Positions 28,108 through 39,205 of a stretch of DNA of 59,041 nt are shown here, piece after piece. The translations under genes and the position numbers were made by a program. The notes below the pieces were generated by a model. The model saw only the letters and a program-made list of their open reading frames with translations. It was not told the origin of the DNA and made no database searches. How positions within the stretch are numbered: position 1 is the first letter of the stretch; every line of letters begins with the position of its first letter. Source of the DNA: Candidatus Paceibacter sp. (GTDB lineage: Bacteria > Patescibacteriota > Minisyncoccia > Phycocordibacterales > BOKC01); the NCBI GenBank assembly GCA_020724885.1, contig DYGD01000004.1, forward strand, positions 2,239-61,279. Reading direction: 5' to 3'.

Positions 28108-28671
28108 TCAATCGTTTCCCGCGGTGGTTTCCGGTTTTGCTATATTCATATCCTCCATTTCTTTTTTGGTTGATTCAAATTCCGGCAGGTCTTCTATTTT
28201 TTTCAAATTCATAAAGGCCAGAAGCTCCATTGTTGGCTGATAGGAATTTCCTCTTCCTCGCCCTTCGGTTTTTTCCACTAGGCCTCTAATGAGCAGGTTG
28301 CGGATAATATAACTTGAATTGACACCTCGAATATAATCAATTTCTTTTTTATTAATCGGTCCTTTGTAGAGAATAATAGACAGGGTCTCCAAGCCGGCTT
28401 TGCCGAGTTCGCGATTTAATTCTTCTTTGTTTATTTCGGCGATAAGTTCGGACAGAACCGGATTGGTGCCGAGCATTACTTTTTCAGCGTGCTCTACAAG
28501 CGAAAGACCTCGACCCTCCAATTTTATCCTAAGGTCTTTCATGGCCTCTTTTACAGCGTCTTCGCTTAGGCCTAGAATTTCCGAAAGTTTTTTTATTGAA
28601 ACCGGCTCTCCGCGGTGGAAAAGGATAGCTTCTATTTTTGCGTCTAATGTCATTTTTCTATTTGGTATCAA
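28108..28671 (-). CDS. scpB: segregation and condensation protein B
   Basis: Tandem winged-helix pattern (EAILFHRGEPVSIKKL), directly downstream of scpA. Confidence 0.85.
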   Translation of the reverse strand: MIPNRKMTLDAKIEAILFHRGEPVSIKKLSEILGLSEDAVKEAMKDLRIKLEGRGLSLVEHAEKVMLGTNPVLSELIAEINKEELNRELGKAGLETLSIILYKGPINKKEIDYIRGVNSSYIIRNLLIRGLVEKTEGRGRGNSYQPTMELLAFMNLKKIEDLPEFESTKKEMEDMNIAKPETTAGND

Positions 28672-28680
28672 TTTTACTTT

Positions 28681-29427
28681 TTACCCTCTACTTATTTTCT
28701 TGTTTACCACTTCTATCTCAATCTCCCCAAAGTCACCCCGCTGTTCGGCTTGCACCATTCCCCGCTTGATAAGTTCCAAAACTGCGAGGAAGCTGACAAT
28801 GATATTTTCTCGCGCGGCGCTTTTGTCACCGGCTTTGGAAAATTCCCGGAAACTCATCTTGAAACCTTCGGTAATTCTTTTGAGCAATCGCTCTATCATT
28901 TCCTCCAAACTGATAACCTTTTTGACAATTGTCTTAGGCAGATTTTCCGGCTTTGGGAAAGCGGCGATAACCATACGCGCCGCCACCGCGATGGATTCAA
29001 TGCTGATCTCGGCATTTGGTGAAAATATCGGCTCAATTGTTCGCCCTTCCCTGCCCCAGATAATCTCTTTGCCAAACCGCTCTTTAACGTGCCGGCTCAA
29101 CTCCTTGAATCGCTGATATTCTTTGAGCCGCTGTTCCAAGTCGTCTATGTTTTCTTCTTCCTCGTCAGAGAGCTGTAGCATCGGTAGAAGTGTCCGCGAT
29201 TTAATTAAAAGCAAGGTGGCAGCCACCGCTATAAACTGAGCGATTTCCCCGGTTGGGAAACCCTCTTTTTGTCCTACATATCCGATAAAATCGTCAGTTA
29301 CTTGGGAGAGCGAAATGTCGTTTATGTGGAGTTTCCTTTTTTCAATCAAATGAAGAAGCAGGTCCAAAGGACCCTCAAATTCCGCCGTTTTAACCTGATA
29401 TTTCTCGCCACTTTTTTTCTCTTCCAC
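28681..29427 (-). CDS. scpA: segregation and condensation protein A (kleisin)
   Basis: FEGPLDLLLHLIEKRKLHINDISLSQVTDDF N-terminus, typical of ScpA. The start codon is uncertain (track uses GTG). Confidence 0.85.
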   Translation of the reverse strand: MEEKKSGEKYQVKTAEFEGPLDLLLHLIEKRKLHINDISLSQVTDDFIGYVGQKEGFPTGEIAQFIAVAATLLLIKSRTLLPMLQLSDEEEENIDDLEQRLKEYQRFKELSRHVKERFGKEIIWGREGRTIEPIFSPNAEISIESIAVAARMVIAAFPKPENLPKTIVKKVISLEEMIERLLKRITEGFKMSFREFSKAGDKSAARENIIVSFLAVLELIKRGMVQAEQRGDFGEIEIEVVNKKISRG

Positions 29428-29532
29428 TCCTAAATATTAGCTCTTTTAAGCCCTAAATTCAAGGTAGAAACTCTCTTGTAGTTCGGAAGTCCGTAAGTGT
29501 AAATCTGCCCTATTTTAATAACAATCTTTGTC

Positions 29533-30528
29533 TTAAACAACCTGAAATTTCATCTGGAGATTCTTGTTTTCTTTTTCAATTTCTTTGAATAAGTCAGGAT
29601 TATCATCAAATTCTTTTAATCTCTTTTCTGAAATTTTTACGTATCTTTCATTGGTGTCAATTCCGATATAATTTTTTCCGAGTTTTTTGGCTGCCACCGC
29701 GGTTGTTCCACTTCCAATGAATGGATCAAGAATGACCGCGTCTTTGGCAAAAGCCGAAAGTTTAATTAGGTATTCACAAATTTCCAATGGCTTAACAGTT
29801 TTATGATCGTTGTACCCACCTTTTTCTTTTTTTGTCGGTTTTGGGAGCAGGAAAGCCTTGTCTATAATCTCGTTTATGCTTTCAATTGTAAAAACATTTG
29901 CCGGATACATATTGTCGCCAATTCGCACATTGGTATTAAACAAACCAACTTCGTGTTTAATCATATTATTTAAATAAGTTTGGTTTGCCGGTTTTTGAGC
30001 CATTGCGATTGGTTCAAAGCAGGATTTTATTTGTGGCGTCTTCCAACCATTCAATTTTGCCCGAATTTTTTCTTTTGCTGTTTCGTCTATATCCATCTTT
30101 TTAATAAAGTGGTCAACCCCCATTGCCTTGGCTTGATTTTGAGTATAAAGCCACATAAAAGCGTCTCTAATTTCAAAACCGGCATCATCTATTGCTGAAG
30201 CCATTCGGTGATATAGCCGCGGACTGGAAAAAGAAAAGAAAAATCCGCCCGGTTTTAAAACTCTGAAAACTTCTTTTGATATATCCAAATACCAAGCATA
30301 GAATCGTTTTCCTTGTTCCTTATCAAATTTCATCCCGGCTGGCAGCGATTTTATGGTGTATTGATTATTTTGGTTGGAAACCTCTTCATAATTCCAGTTA
30401 TTATCCATCTTATCTAAAAAATAAGGCGGGTCTGTTAAAACGACATCCACAGAATCTGCCTCAAGTTGAGGGAGTAATTCCAAGGTATCTGCGCAAATTA
30501 TTTTATTTATGAATTTACTGTTTTTCAT
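29533..30528 (-). CDS. DNA methyltransferase, beta-class (N6-adenine or N4-cytosine)
   Basis: Motif IV TDPPYF is N-terminal and motif I DPFIGSGTT is C-terminal (beta permutation). Base specificity cannot be read from the sequence. Confidence 0.85.
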   Translation of the reverse strand: MKNSKFINKIICADTLELLPQLEADSVDVVLTDPPYFLDKMDNNWNYEEVSNQNNQYTIKSLPAGMKFDKEQGKRFYAWYLDISKEVFRVLKPGGFFFSFSSPRLYHRMASAIDDAGFEIRDAFMWLYTQNQAKAMGVDHFIKKMDIDETAKEKIRAKLNGWKTPQIKSCFEPIAMAQKPANQTYLNNMIKHEVGLFNTNVRIGDNMYPANVFTIESINEIIDKAFLLPKPTKKEKGGYNDHKTVKPLEICEYLIKLSAFAKDAVILDPFIGSGTTAVAAKKLGKNYIGIDTNERYVKISEKRLKEFDDNPDLFKEIEKENKNLQMKFQVV

Positions 30529-30531
30529 AAT

Positions 30532-31305
30532 TTAAATTTTAAGCAGTTTTCTCTTGTGGAATTCTTTATAAAGTATTTTGTAGATTTTTCTTCTGACCTC
30601 TTTATCAAAATTTTTGACAAAATTAGCATCGGCTAATTTTACAACCCTGCCTTTATAGTCATAAACCCATCTATTCCTGTCGGCCCTATTGCATTTTTGG
30701 CATTGCGGAATAATGTTGCCCTTAACAAGGGGTTTGTTTGGGTCCATATGCGCTTTCTGTAAGATTGTTTTTGTCCCCGGCCAATGAAAATGCGGTTTAT
30801 TTTCCTGTGAACCGCAAGTAGCGCAACGATAATTGTATTTCTCTTTTATCTTTTTCCAATTACTGGTTTCTGAAACTCTGTGTCCTTTTTTAAATCCGGG
30901 ATACGGCTGTTCTAGAGAGTAGAGTTGATAAGAGCCACGTTTGATATTTAAAACAATGTTGTCTCTGCCGCCGGCGACAATCCACCAGCCGGCTTGCGCG
31001 CCCAAGTGTCTGGCTTGTTGAACGTCATTTGTAGTTGGATAAAAACTTCTGATGAATTTTGTTAATTCTTCTTTGGAGACAACTCTGGTTTTAGGATAAT
31101 CATAGGTCAGATACACTAAAGTCAGAGCGTCTTTAGTGAAGCTCCCTTTTGAGTCATAAAGTTTCGGTAATTTTACGGCAAATTTCTTGAGATACTTTTC
31201 ATGGTACTCCCTAATAGTTTTATAAATGCTTTCTATCGATTTTTTGTTTAGAATAAGATGGTCTAGCATTTGCTTATTATATCCAAAAACTAGGGTATAA
31301 TCCAC
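30532..31305 (-). CDS. putative type II restriction endonuclease with HNH (beta-beta-alpha-Me) motif
   Basis: C-terminal CATCG..H..QKAHMDPNKP..N..CQKCN (CxxC..H..N..CxxC) HNH-like signature. It lies 3 nt upstream of the methyltransferase on the same strand. Confidence 0.6.
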   Translation of the reverse strand: MDYTLVFGYNKQMLDHLILNKKSIESIYKTIREYHEKYLKKFAVKLPKLYDSKGSFTKDALTLVYLTYDYPKTRVVSKEELTKFIRSFYPTTNDVQQARHLGAQAGWWIVAGGRDNIVLNIKRGSYQLYSLEQPYPGFKKGHRVSETSNWKKIKEKYNYRCATCGSQENKPHFHWPGTKTILQKAHMDPNKPLVKGNIIPQCQKCNRADRNRWVYDYKGRVVKLADANFVKNFDKEVRRKIYKILYKEFHKRKLLKI

Positions 31306-31350
31306 CCTTTTTTCCTATGTTCTTTTATCCTATTCCCTAGTGGCTAAACC

Positions 31351-32739
31351 CTAGTTCTCTATTTTTATTTTCAATTCTTTGAGTTGCTCTTTTGTTAATT
31401 CTTTCGGCGCTTTCATTACAGCCGTCTGACCGCCTCTGGTCATTGGAAACGCTTGGACTTCGCGCAGATTTAATTCACCGGTAAGATTCATTATATTTCT
31501 TTCAACACCAAGAGCGATGCCGCCGTGCGGCGGGGCGCCGTAAGTAAAGGCCTCAAGCAGGTGTCCGATTCTTTCTTCCGTTTCCTTATCATTAAAACCC
31601 ATAACTTTGTAAACCGCTTTGAGAATTTCCGGTTGATGAGCGCGAATACTGCCGCCGCCTGATTCAAAACCATTACAGACCAAGTCATATTGTTGGGTCA
31701 TAATATTTTCAATATTTTTTCCGGCTAGCAAGTCGGGAACATTTTCCGGTTTTGGCATTGAAAACGGATTGTGGCTGAAAGTCCATTGGCCGTCCGCTGT
31801 TTTTTCAAAGAACGGAAAATCCACAACCCAAGCATAAGCTAAAATTCCCTCTTCTTTTTCTTTGTCGGTTCGTAAGTCAAACTTATCAGCGCCGTATTTT
31901 TCCATTGCTTCTTTATATGAAATTCTCGGAAACGGTTTTTCTTTTATTTTGTAGCCCATTTTTTCAACAACCTCAGTCATCATACCTTCTATCAGATTTA
32001 AAAAATTGTCTTGGCTGACAAAAGAAACTTCAATATCAATTTGAGTATGCTCAAAGCCACGGTCGGCTCTCAAATCTTCATCGCGGACGGCCCTAGCAAT
32101 TTGGAAATATTGTTCAAAGCCAGCGACCATTAGGAGCTGCTTGTATTGCTGGGGCGATTGCGGCAGGGCGTAAAATTTTCCCGGATGGATTCTTGAAGGC
32201 ACGACAAAATCGCGCGAACCCTCGGGAGTTGATTCGGTCAAAATCGGCGTTTCAATTTCAATGAATTTTTTATTAAAAAGATATTCGCGGCAGTTTTGAA
32301 TAAACTGGCTACGGGTTTTCATATTTTTCTGCATTCTATCAGTGCGGAGATCAAGGTAGCGGTATTTTAGGCGAGTTTCTTCACTAATATTTGAAGTATC
32401 ACCTGAAATTTCAAATGGTGGGGTCTCTGCTTCGTTTAAGACCTTGATTTCCGAAATTTCCAGCTCAATCTTGCCGAGCACCTCTTCCGGATTTATCATT
32501 TTCTCGGGCCGTTTATTGACTATCCCATTAATTTCAACCACCCACTCGTCTCTCAGGGTGTCGGCGATTTTGTGGGTTTCGGTTTTTTGTGGCAGAGAAA
32601 CCATCTGGATTTTGCCGCTAGAGTCGCGCAGGTCAAGAAAAATAAGCTTGCCATGATCGCGACGGGCATTTATCCAGCCGGCAATTTTTACCTTTTCGCT
32701 AATCCTGTTTTCAAGCTCTGATATCTTTGTTCTTTCCAT
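31351..32739 (-). CDS. aspS: aspartyl-tRNA synthetase (short form, no GAD insertion)
   Basis: OB-fold N-terminus, class II motifs (FRDEDLRADR-like AVRDEDLRADRGFEHTQID; GGGSIR; GIALGVERN); 462 aa. Confidence 0.93.
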   Translation of the reverse strand: MERTKISELENRISEKVKIAGWINARRDHGKLIFLDLRDSSGKIQMVSLPQKTETHKIADTLRDEWVVEINGIVNKRPEKMINPEEVLGKIELEISEIKVLNEAETPPFEISGDTSNISEETRLKYRYLDLRTDRMQKNMKTRSQFIQNCREYLFNKKFIEIETPILTESTPEGSRDFVVPSRIHPGKFYALPQSPQQYKQLLMVAGFEQYFQIARAVRDEDLRADRGFEHTQIDIEVSFVSQDNFLNLIEGMMTEVVEKMGYKIKEKPFPRISYKEAMEKYGADKFDLRTDKEKEEGILAYAWVVDFPFFEKTADGQWTFSHNPFSMPKPENVPDLLAGKNIENIMTQQYDLVCNGFESGGGSIRAHQPEILKAVYKVMGFNDKETEERIGHLLEAFTYGAPPHGGIALGVERNIMNLTGELNLREVQAFPMTRGGQTAVMKAPKELTKEQLKELKIKIEN

Positions 32740-32743
32740 ATTT

Positions 32744-33748
32744 TTAAAAATAATTTATTTTAACCGCTTTTTTAACTCCCAACATTGTCTTTTGGGAAAC
32801 TTCCCGCGCTTTCAGAGTTCCCTCTTGAAGAATTTTCATTACCGCCGCTGGATCTTTTGCAAGCGCTTCCCTCTTTTCTCTAATCGGCTTTAGAAAGTCT
32901 TCTAAAATCCCAATCAATCGCTGTTTAATGATAACGTCGCCAATTCCGCCTTTTTGATAATCCCGTTTTAATTTTTCCAACTCTTCTTTTTCTGGGTCAA
33001 AAGCGTCCAGATATTGAAACACCACATTGCCCTCAACGCGCCCCGGGTCTTCGGCGCGGATGTGTCCGGGGTCGGTGAACATTGACATCACTTTTTGCTC
33101 TACAATTTCTCTCGGGTCAGACAGAAAAATAGCATTGTTTAAGGACTTGCTGGCTTTGTGCTTGCCATCTAGGCCCAAGAGCCGCGAGGTTTCGGAAACC
33201 AAAGGTTTGATTTTTTGAAAAACTTCGCCGTAAAGAGAGTTAAACTTTTCTACGATTTCATTGGCTTGTTCCAAGACCGGCAATTGGTCCTCGCCAACCG
33301 GCACTAAATTGGCTTTACAAAACAAGATATCGGCGGCTTGGCTTACCGGGTATGTGAGAAACCCGGCCGGCACATTTTCGCCGTAGCCCTTCTGCTTCAT
33401 CTCGTCTTTGACTGTCGGATTTCTTTTGAGCCGAGCCAAAGTGACTAAGTTTAAAAATAAAATAGTTAGCTCGGAAATTTCCGGCACTTGAGATTGGATG
33501 AAAAAGGTGGTCTTTTCTGGGTCAAGTCCCAAAGAGAGATTGTCTAAAGCCACTTCCAAGACGTTACTTCTAATTTTTTCAGGGTTATCGGCATTGTCAG
33601 TCAGGGCTTGAAGGTCGGCAATCAAATAAAAATTATCTTGATGTTGGTCCTGCAGCTCAAGACGTTTCCTGATAGAACCGACATAGTGTCCCAAATGCAG
33701 TTTTCCGGTCGGCCGATCGCCGGTTAAGACAATTGTTTTTTCTGACAT
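32744..33748 (-). CDS. trpS: tryptophanyl-tRNA synthetase
   Basis: TGDRPTGKLHLGHYVG (HIGH) and KASKS (KMSKS-type). Confidence 0.95.
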   Translation of the reverse strand: MSEKTIVLTGDRPTGKLHLGHYVGSIRKRLELQDQHQDNFYLIADLQALTDNADNPEKIRSNVLEVALDNLSLGLDPEKTTFFIQSQVPEISELTILFLNLVTLARLKRNPTVKDEMKQKGYGENVPAGFLTYPVSQAADILFCKANLVPVGEDQLPVLEQANEIVEKFNSLYGEVFQKIKPLVSETSRLLGLDGKHKASKSLNNAIFLSDPREIVEQKVMSMFTDPGHIRAEDPGRVEGNVVFQYLDAFDPEKEELEKLKRDYQKGGIGDVIIKQRLIGILEDFLKPIREKREALAKDPAAVMKILQEGTLKAREVSQKTMLGVKKAVKINYF

Positions 33749-33781
33749 AACTCCAATTCTAGCAGATTTTCGGCGGTAGTT

Positions 33782-34282
33782 CTACTTTCTGGCGAAAATT
33801 AAGATTAACGCCAGGGGAGTCAAAAGAATCCAGAAAAAGAGTTTCTCTGAGGCAAAAAACTCGCCGGTTTTTGGAAAGTATTTGGCTACTTCGGGAAGGG
33901 GGATTAGCTGATGGACTATTAAAAGAATTAAGGTGAAAATGCCGATTGCTAAAATAGTTAGTTTCAATTTTTGTCGCCGGTCGGTATAAAAAACTCCCCG
34001 TCCAGCGATTATATTGATGACAAAAAAAGTTATGGCAAAAAATATTAAAAATAGAACCAGCTGACCAAAAAAGATCTGCCAAGGGGTTTCGCTGAAAATT
34101 AAAAGTTTTTCTGGCAGAGGAAATTGGCTGTAAAAGAAAATTGCCGGATAAAACGATAAAATCAGGGCAATGGACTTGCCCTTGCCCAAAGTGAAGGCAA
34201 CCGCTAGGCAGACAATAAAAATTGCCACCAAGATTATTATTTCAGTTGTTATTAGTGGAAAGTTTGAGCTGATAGCGGCCAT
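33782..34282 (-). CDS. polytopic membrane protein (CvpA-like?)
   Basis: Four to five TM helices, 166 aa. The family assignment is tentative. Confidence 0.6.
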   Translation of the reverse strand: MAAISSNFPLITTEIIILVAIFIVCLAVAFTLGKGKSIALILSFYPAIFFYSQFPLPEKLLIFSETPWQIFFGQLVLFLIFFAITFFVINIIAGRGVFYTDRRQKLKLTILAIGIFTLILLIVHQLIPLPEVAKYFPKTGEFFASEKLFFWILLTPLALILIFARK

Positions 34283-34291
34283 TTTGTTTTG

Positions 34292-35350
34292 TTATACCCC
34301 CTCTTTTCTTAGTTGTTCAAGCAACTTTCTAGCTTCTTTTGATACTTTCTTTGGTAAGACGATATTGAGCTTGATGTGTAGATCGCCCCGACTACTTCGT
34401 CCAACAGGTACACCTTTTCCGCGGACGCGCAGTATCTCTCCATACGAGATATTTTCAGGGATTTTGACTTTTAAGATGCCGTCTAAAGTGCCAACCTCGT
34501 ATTCTCCACCCAGCAAGGCATCTGTAAGCTTAACATTTAGGGTGGTTATAATATTGCTGCCCTCTTTGCGGAAATTGGGATCCTGACGAACGTGAACTTT
34601 AACATACAAGTCTCCGGCGCTACCGGCTGAAATCGCTTCACCTTCGCCAACCAAGCGGATCATCTCACCATCCTCAATCCCTGGGGGAATCTCAATGGCA
34701 ATTTCCTGGCTTTTTTTTATAATACCCAAACCCAGACATTGTTGACATTTTTCTTTGGGGATTTTTCCACGGCCAAAACATTTTTCGCACGTTCGATTTA
34801 CCGAGAAAGAACCAACGAAAGATTTTTTTACTTCTCGGATTTTACCTTGCCCATTACAGGTGGTGCAAGTTGTCATCCCGGCGCTTTTTTTTGCCCCGCT
34901 ACCGTTACATTCATCGCAAAAGGCCGTCTTCTGTATTAGGACTTTCCTAGTCGTGCCAAAAACCGCTTCCTTGAAAGGGATTTCTATGTCGATGGAGATG
35001 TCTCTGCCCCGCTTGGCTCGTTGACCGCCACCAAAGAAATCACCAAAAATATCACCCAGATCAAAACCCTCAAAGGAGCTTTCAAAGCCGTTCTGCCATT
35101 CAAAGGGTCCGCCGGCGAAACCGCTTCCTCCTTGACCCGAACTGAATACTCTGCCATAGGAATCGTATTCTGCTCGCTTGTTATCATCTGACAAGACGCC
35201 GTAGGCCTCGTTTATTTCTTTGAATTTCTCCTCACTGCCACCTTTTTTGTCGGGGTGGTATTGGTGCGCCAGCCGCCGAAAGGCCTTTTTGATCTCTTCT
35301 TTGCTGGCTTTTTTATCAACCCCTAGAATTTCGTAGTAGTTTTTTGACAT
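34292..35350 (-). CDS. dnaJ: molecular chaperone DnaJ
   Basis: J domain with HPD (YHPDKK), G/F region, four CxxCxGxG zinc repeats. Confidence 0.93.
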   Translation of the reverse strand: MSKNYYEILGVDKKASKEEIKKAFRRLAHQYHPDKKGGSEEKFKEINEAYGVLSDDNKRAEYDSYGRVFSSGQGGSGFAGGPFEWQNGFESSFEGFDLGDIFGDFFGGGQRAKRGRDISIDIEIPFKEAVFGTTRKVLIQKTAFCDECNGSGAKKSAGMTTCTTCNGQGKIREVKKSFVGSFSVNRTCEKCFGRGKIPKEKCQQCLGLGIIKKSQEIAIEIPPGIEDGEMIRLVGEGEAISAGSAGDLYVKVHVRQDPNFRKEGSNIITTLNVKLTDALLGGEYEVGTLDGILKVKIPENISYGEILRVRGKGVPVGRSSRGDLHIKLNIVLPKKVSKEARKLLEQLRKEGV

Positions 35351-35365
35351 ACTTCTTACATTCTA

Positions 35366-37285
35366 CTACTTTTGATTGTCTTTGTCTTCTTTGTTTTCGT
35401 CATCCTTTACCTCGGCATCTCGGACGTTTTCTTCTTCGGGTTGGTTTGGTTTTTGTTCGCCACTCGCTCCTCCTCCCTGCGGAGTGTTATTTTGAGCATA
35501 TTGCCCTATTTTTTGTATTGATTGCGACAGGGTGTCGGTACTAAATTTTATCTCATCCAAATTGTTGCTGTCTTTGGCTTTCTTCACCCCCTCTATTTTT
35601 TCGTTGATTTCTTTTTTGATATCCTCTGGCAATTTTGCCTCATTTTCCTTTACGGCTTTTTCGGTAGTGTAGATTAGCTGTTCGGCCAAATTTTTTGCCT
35701 CTACCAAATCTTTCTTTTTTCGGTCTTCTTCGCTGTGAGTTTCCGCTTCACGCTTCATCCGTTCAATTTCTTCTTTGGACAAACTGGAGCCGGCTTCAAT
35801 TTTGATTGATTGCGCCTTACCGCTGGCTTTGTCTTTTGCGGTTACATTTAAGATTCCATTCGCATCTATGTCAAAAGAAACCTCAATTTGAGGCATACCT
35901 CTTGGAGAGGGTGGAATGCCGTCAAGAATAAATCTTCCGATCGTTTTATTGTCAGCAACCATGGGTCTTTCACCTTGTACGATATGGATTTCTACGCTTG
36001 TTTGATTGTCAGCGGCGGTTGAGAATGTTTGGGAGCGAGACGCGGGAATTGTTGTATTTTTTTCAATCAGCTTAGTAGCAACTCCGCCCAGAGTTTCAAT
36101 GCCCAAAGATAGCGGGATTACATCAAGAAGTAAAACATCTTTGATCTCTCCCTGAAGAATTCCTCCCTGGACTGCTGCGCCAAGCGCCACCACTTCGTCT
36201 GGGTTTATTGTTTTGTTGGGTTCTTTGCCGAAATATTCTTTTACTTTTGCCGAGATTCTGGGCATTCTGGTCTGACCCCCGACCAGGATAACTTCGTTTA
36301 TATCGCCCACTTTGAAGGGCGAGTTCTCCATGGCTCTTTTTGTAATTTCCATGGCCCTTTCTACAAATTCATCAGCCAACTCCTCCAGTTTTGCTCTGGT
36401 CAATTTTATCAACAAGTGTCTGGGCCCACTGGTGTCTGAAGTGATAAATGGAATGTTGACCTCGGTTTCCATTGCGGTTGAAAGTTCAATCTTGGCTTTC
36501 TCGGCCGCTTCGTCTAACCGCTGCAGGGCCAGAGAGTCATTTCTGACATCAATGCCGTTTTCTTTTCTAAATTCGTCAGCCAAGAAATTTATTATTTTCT
36601 GGTCTATATCTTTTCCGCCCAAGTGAGAATCGCCGTCAGTTGATTTCACTTCTACAACGTTGTCGCCGACTTCCAAAATTGAAATATCAAAAGTTCCTCC
36701 ACCAAAATCAAAGACAGCAATTTTCTCGTCTTTCTTTTTATTCAGTCCATAAGCTAGGGCGGCGGCCGTTGGTTCGTTTATGATTCTTTTGACAGTTAGG
36801 CCAGCTATTTCTCCGGCGTCTTTGGTTGCCTTTCTCTGGGCGTCGTTGAAATACGCCGGTACCGTGATGACAGCTTCTGTTATTTTTGTTCCGAGTTTGG
36901 CCTCGGCATCGGCTTTTAGTTTGGACAAGATCATGGCGGAAATTTCTTCTGGCCGATAATCCTTGTCTCCCATTTTCACTAAAATTTCGCCCTCCGCCCC
37001 CTTTTTGACTTCATAAGGGACGGTCTTGATATCTTTCTGGACAGCCGGGTCATCAAAGGAATGGCCGATAAATCTTTTTATTTGGTAGACAGTATTTTTC
37101 GGATTGGTCACGGCTTGTCTTTTTGCCAAAAGACCAACAAGCCGTTCTCCGGTTTTGCTTATTGAGACGATTGAAGGCGTTGTCCGTGAACCCTCCGAAT
37201 TTTCTAAGATTCTTGGTTCACCGCCTTCTACTACGGCGATAGCCGAAAAAGTTGTTCCCAAATCAATTCCAATTATCTTAGACAT
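35366..37285 (-). CDS. dnaK: molecular chaperone DnaK (Hsp70)
   Basis: [18 protein letters not shown]-type ([10 protein letters not shown]), [11 protein letters not shown]. Confidence 0.97.
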   Translation of the reverse strand: MSKIIGIDLGTTFSAIAVVEGGEPRILENSEGSRTTPSIVSISKTGERLVGLLAKRQAVTNPKNTVYQIKRFIGHSFDDPAVQKDIKTVPYEVKKGAEGEILVKMGDKDYRPEEISAMILSKLKADAEAKLGTKITEAVITVPAYFNDAQRKATKDAGEIAGLTVKRIINEPTAAALAYGLNKKKDEKIAVFDFGGGTFDISILEVGDNVVEVKSTDGDSHLGGKDIDQKIINFLADEFRKENGIDVRNDSLALQRLDEAAEKAKIELSTAMETEVNIPFITSDTSGPRHLLIKLTRAKLEELADEFVERAMEITKRAMENSPFKVGDINEVILVGGQTRMPRISAKVKEYFGKEPNKTINPDEVVALGAAVQGGILQGEIKDVLLLDVIPLSLGIETLGGVATKLIEKNTTIPASRSQTFSTAADNQTSVEIHIVQGERPMVADNKTIGRFILDGIPPSPRGMPQIEVSFDIDANGILNVTAKDKASGKAQSIKIEAGSSLSKEEIERMKREAETHSEEDRKKKDLVEAKNLAEQLIYTTEKAVKENEAKLPEDIKKEINEKIEGVKKAKDSNNLDEIKFSTDTLSQSIQKIGQYAQNNTPQGGGASGEQKPNQPEEENVRDAEVKDDENKEDKDNQK

Positions 37286-37364
37286 AGTTTTTATTTATTA
37301 TAGTTAAGGTTTTAATATACAGATATTTTAGGATTTTTTTATGATTTGTCTAGAGTTTTGAAAA

Positions 37365-37910
37365 TTATTTTTTGTATTCCCCCACCAACACTTTTGCCGG
37401 GCGGATAGTTTTTCCGTTTAATTGGTATCCTTTTTGTATCACCCGCGTTACTTTGTGCTCAAGTTCCGGCCTGTCAACAGGTTCCATACCAACGGCTTCC
37501 TGAAAGCTTGGATCAAATTCGGAATTTATATTCGGATTATTTTCCTCTAAGCCGTTTTGTTTGAGGATTTTTTCTAATGCCAAAAAAGAATTTTCTATAC
37601 CCTTTCTCCATTCCTCGGGCATTTTTTTCCATTCCTCATTTGTCATGGCTGTTTCTAAGCCGTCCATAACCGGTATGATTTCAAGAATCAGGTCTTGGTT
37701 AGCAAATTTTATAAAAGACCTTTTTTCTTCCTCGTCTTTCTTTCTGGCATTGATAAACTCGGCTTTTGTTCTCTGCCATCCGTCTAAGTATCCACGCTTT
37801 TCCTCTTCGCACTTTCTCAACTTTTCAGACAGCTTTTTAATCCGGCCTTGATGGTCGGCTTCTTCATCAAGGATGATCTCTTCTTCTTGGTTTTGCGATT
37901 TATCTGTCAT
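37365..37910 (-). CDS. grpE: nucleotide exchange factor GrpE
   Basis: Coiled-coil N-terminus, C-terminal beta domain (GYQLNGKTIRPAKV), upstream of dnaK. Confidence 0.9.
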   Translation of the reverse strand: MTDKSQNQEEEIILDEEADHQGRIKKLSEKLRKCEEEKRGYLDGWQRTKAEFINARKKDEEEKRSFIKFANQDLILEIIPVMDGLETAMTNEEWKKMPEEWRKGIENSFLALEKILKQNGLEENNPNINSEFDPSFQEAVGMEPVDRPELEHKVTRVIQKGYQLNGKTIRPAKVLVGEYKK

Positions 37911-38033
37911 AAATTTATAAACTCAAGCTCCCCCAATTTGATAAATCAAGTCAGGAGGAGTTTTAAATTTTTAAATTGCACTTTTGACTAGTCAGCCGGG
38001 GGTGGGTACGATTCTGATATATAATAATCAAAA

Positions 38034-38453
38034 CTAACGCTTTGACCACTGTGGTGCTTTCCTTGCTTTTTTCAGCCCGAACTTTCTTCTTTCTTTGGCG
38101 CGCGGGTCTCTCTTTAGGAATCCGGCTGATTTTATTTTTTTTCTTAGCTCTGGTTCAGTTTTGACAAGAGCTCTTGAAATTCCATGTCTTACGGCTTCTG
38201 CTTGGGAACTTATACCGCCGCCTTTGACCAGCACCGATATTTTGAATTTTTTAGAAAGTTTGGCTTTGTGCAAGGACTCGCTAGCCGTCAGACGGAGATT
38301 TTCTGTTGGGAAGTATTCCCCGATATCCTTGCCGTTTATGGCAATTGAATTCTTACCTGATTCATACATCCTTACTCTGGCCACCGATGTTTTTCTGCGC
38401 CCGACCGATTCTATGTAAAATTCGCTTTTTTTTGTTTTTTCTTGAGTAGTCAT
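38034..38453 (-). CDS. rpsI: 30S ribosomal protein S9
   Basis: [41 protein letters not shown]. Confidence 0.95.
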   Translation of the reverse strand: MTTQEKTKKSEFYIESVGRRKTSVARVRMYESGKNSIAINGKDIGEYFPTENLRLTASESLHKAKLSKKFKISVLVKGGGISSQAEAVRHGISRALVKTEPELRKKIKSAGFLKRDPRAKERRKFGLKKARKAPQWSKR

Positions 38454-38459
38454 AGGTGT

Positions 38460-38804
38460 TTATTCTTTTACGGTCAGATTCTTTTTCATCACCGACCTAA
38501 GCTTGTTTTTTGGCAACATACCGTAAACAGTCTTCCTGACAACCTCGCCAATCCCCCGTCTTTTGATGAGCTCTTCCATACTTTCTGATTTCAAACCACC
38601 CGGGTATCCGGTGAATCTCTTATATTCTTTTTGCTTTTTCTTTTTTTCTTCCAATTTTATTCCGGAAGCATTTATAATTTCAACTTTGGAATTGGTAGTA
38701 GATTCTCTTTTAAACGACGGATTATTTTTGCCAATCAAAACTGAAGCGGCTTCAGAGGCCACTCGGCCAAGTTTTTTGTTTTTTGCGTCAATGGTGTAAT
38801 TCAT
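38460..38804 (-). CDS. rplM: 50S ribosomal protein L13 (short, 114 aa)
   Basis: IDAKNKKLGRVASEAA..GMLPKNKL, adjacent to rpsI. Confidence 0.9.
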   Translation of the reverse strand: MNYTIDAKNKKLGRVASEAASVLIGKNNPSFKRESTTNSKVEIINASGIKLEEKKKKQKEYKRFTGYPGGLKSESMEELIKRRGIGEVVRKTVYGMLPKNKLRSVMKKNLTVKE

Positions 38805-38806
38805 AT

Positions 38807-39166
38807 TTAATCTTTATTAGAAACGAGTTCTATTATTGCCATCCTACTGTCGTCGCTTTTGCGTCTTGGTAGTTTGATGATGCGGGTATATCCGCCCTTT
38901 CTGTCTTTAAATCTTGGCTCTAGAGCGTCGACAATCTTTCTCATACCTTTGGGCCCAATCTCGGCGTTTATGTTCCTTTTTGCCGCCAGAGTTTTTTTCT
39001 TGCCTTGGGTGATCAATCTTTCAACAAAAGGTCTCAATGCTCTTGCCTTCGGCTCGGTCGTTTTTATCTTTTCTTTTATGACTAGGGAAAGAGCCAACGT
39101 TCTCAACAGTGCTTTTCGCTGATTTCTCTCTCTACCCAATTTTTTGTTTTTGTTGTGGTGTCTCAT
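38807..39166 (-). CDS. rplQ: 50S ribosomal protein L17
   Basis: MRHHNKNKKLGRERNQRKALLRTLA. Confidence 0.93.
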   Translation of the reverse strand: MRHHNKNKKLGRERNQRKALLRTLALSLVIKEKIKTTEPKARALRPFVERLITQGKKKTLAAKRNINAEIGPKGMRKIVDALEPRFKDRKGGYTRIIKLPRRKSDDSRMAIIELVSNKD

Positions 39167-39205
39167 ATCTTGAATATATTATTTGCCCGCCAGATTTTTT
39201 ACGCT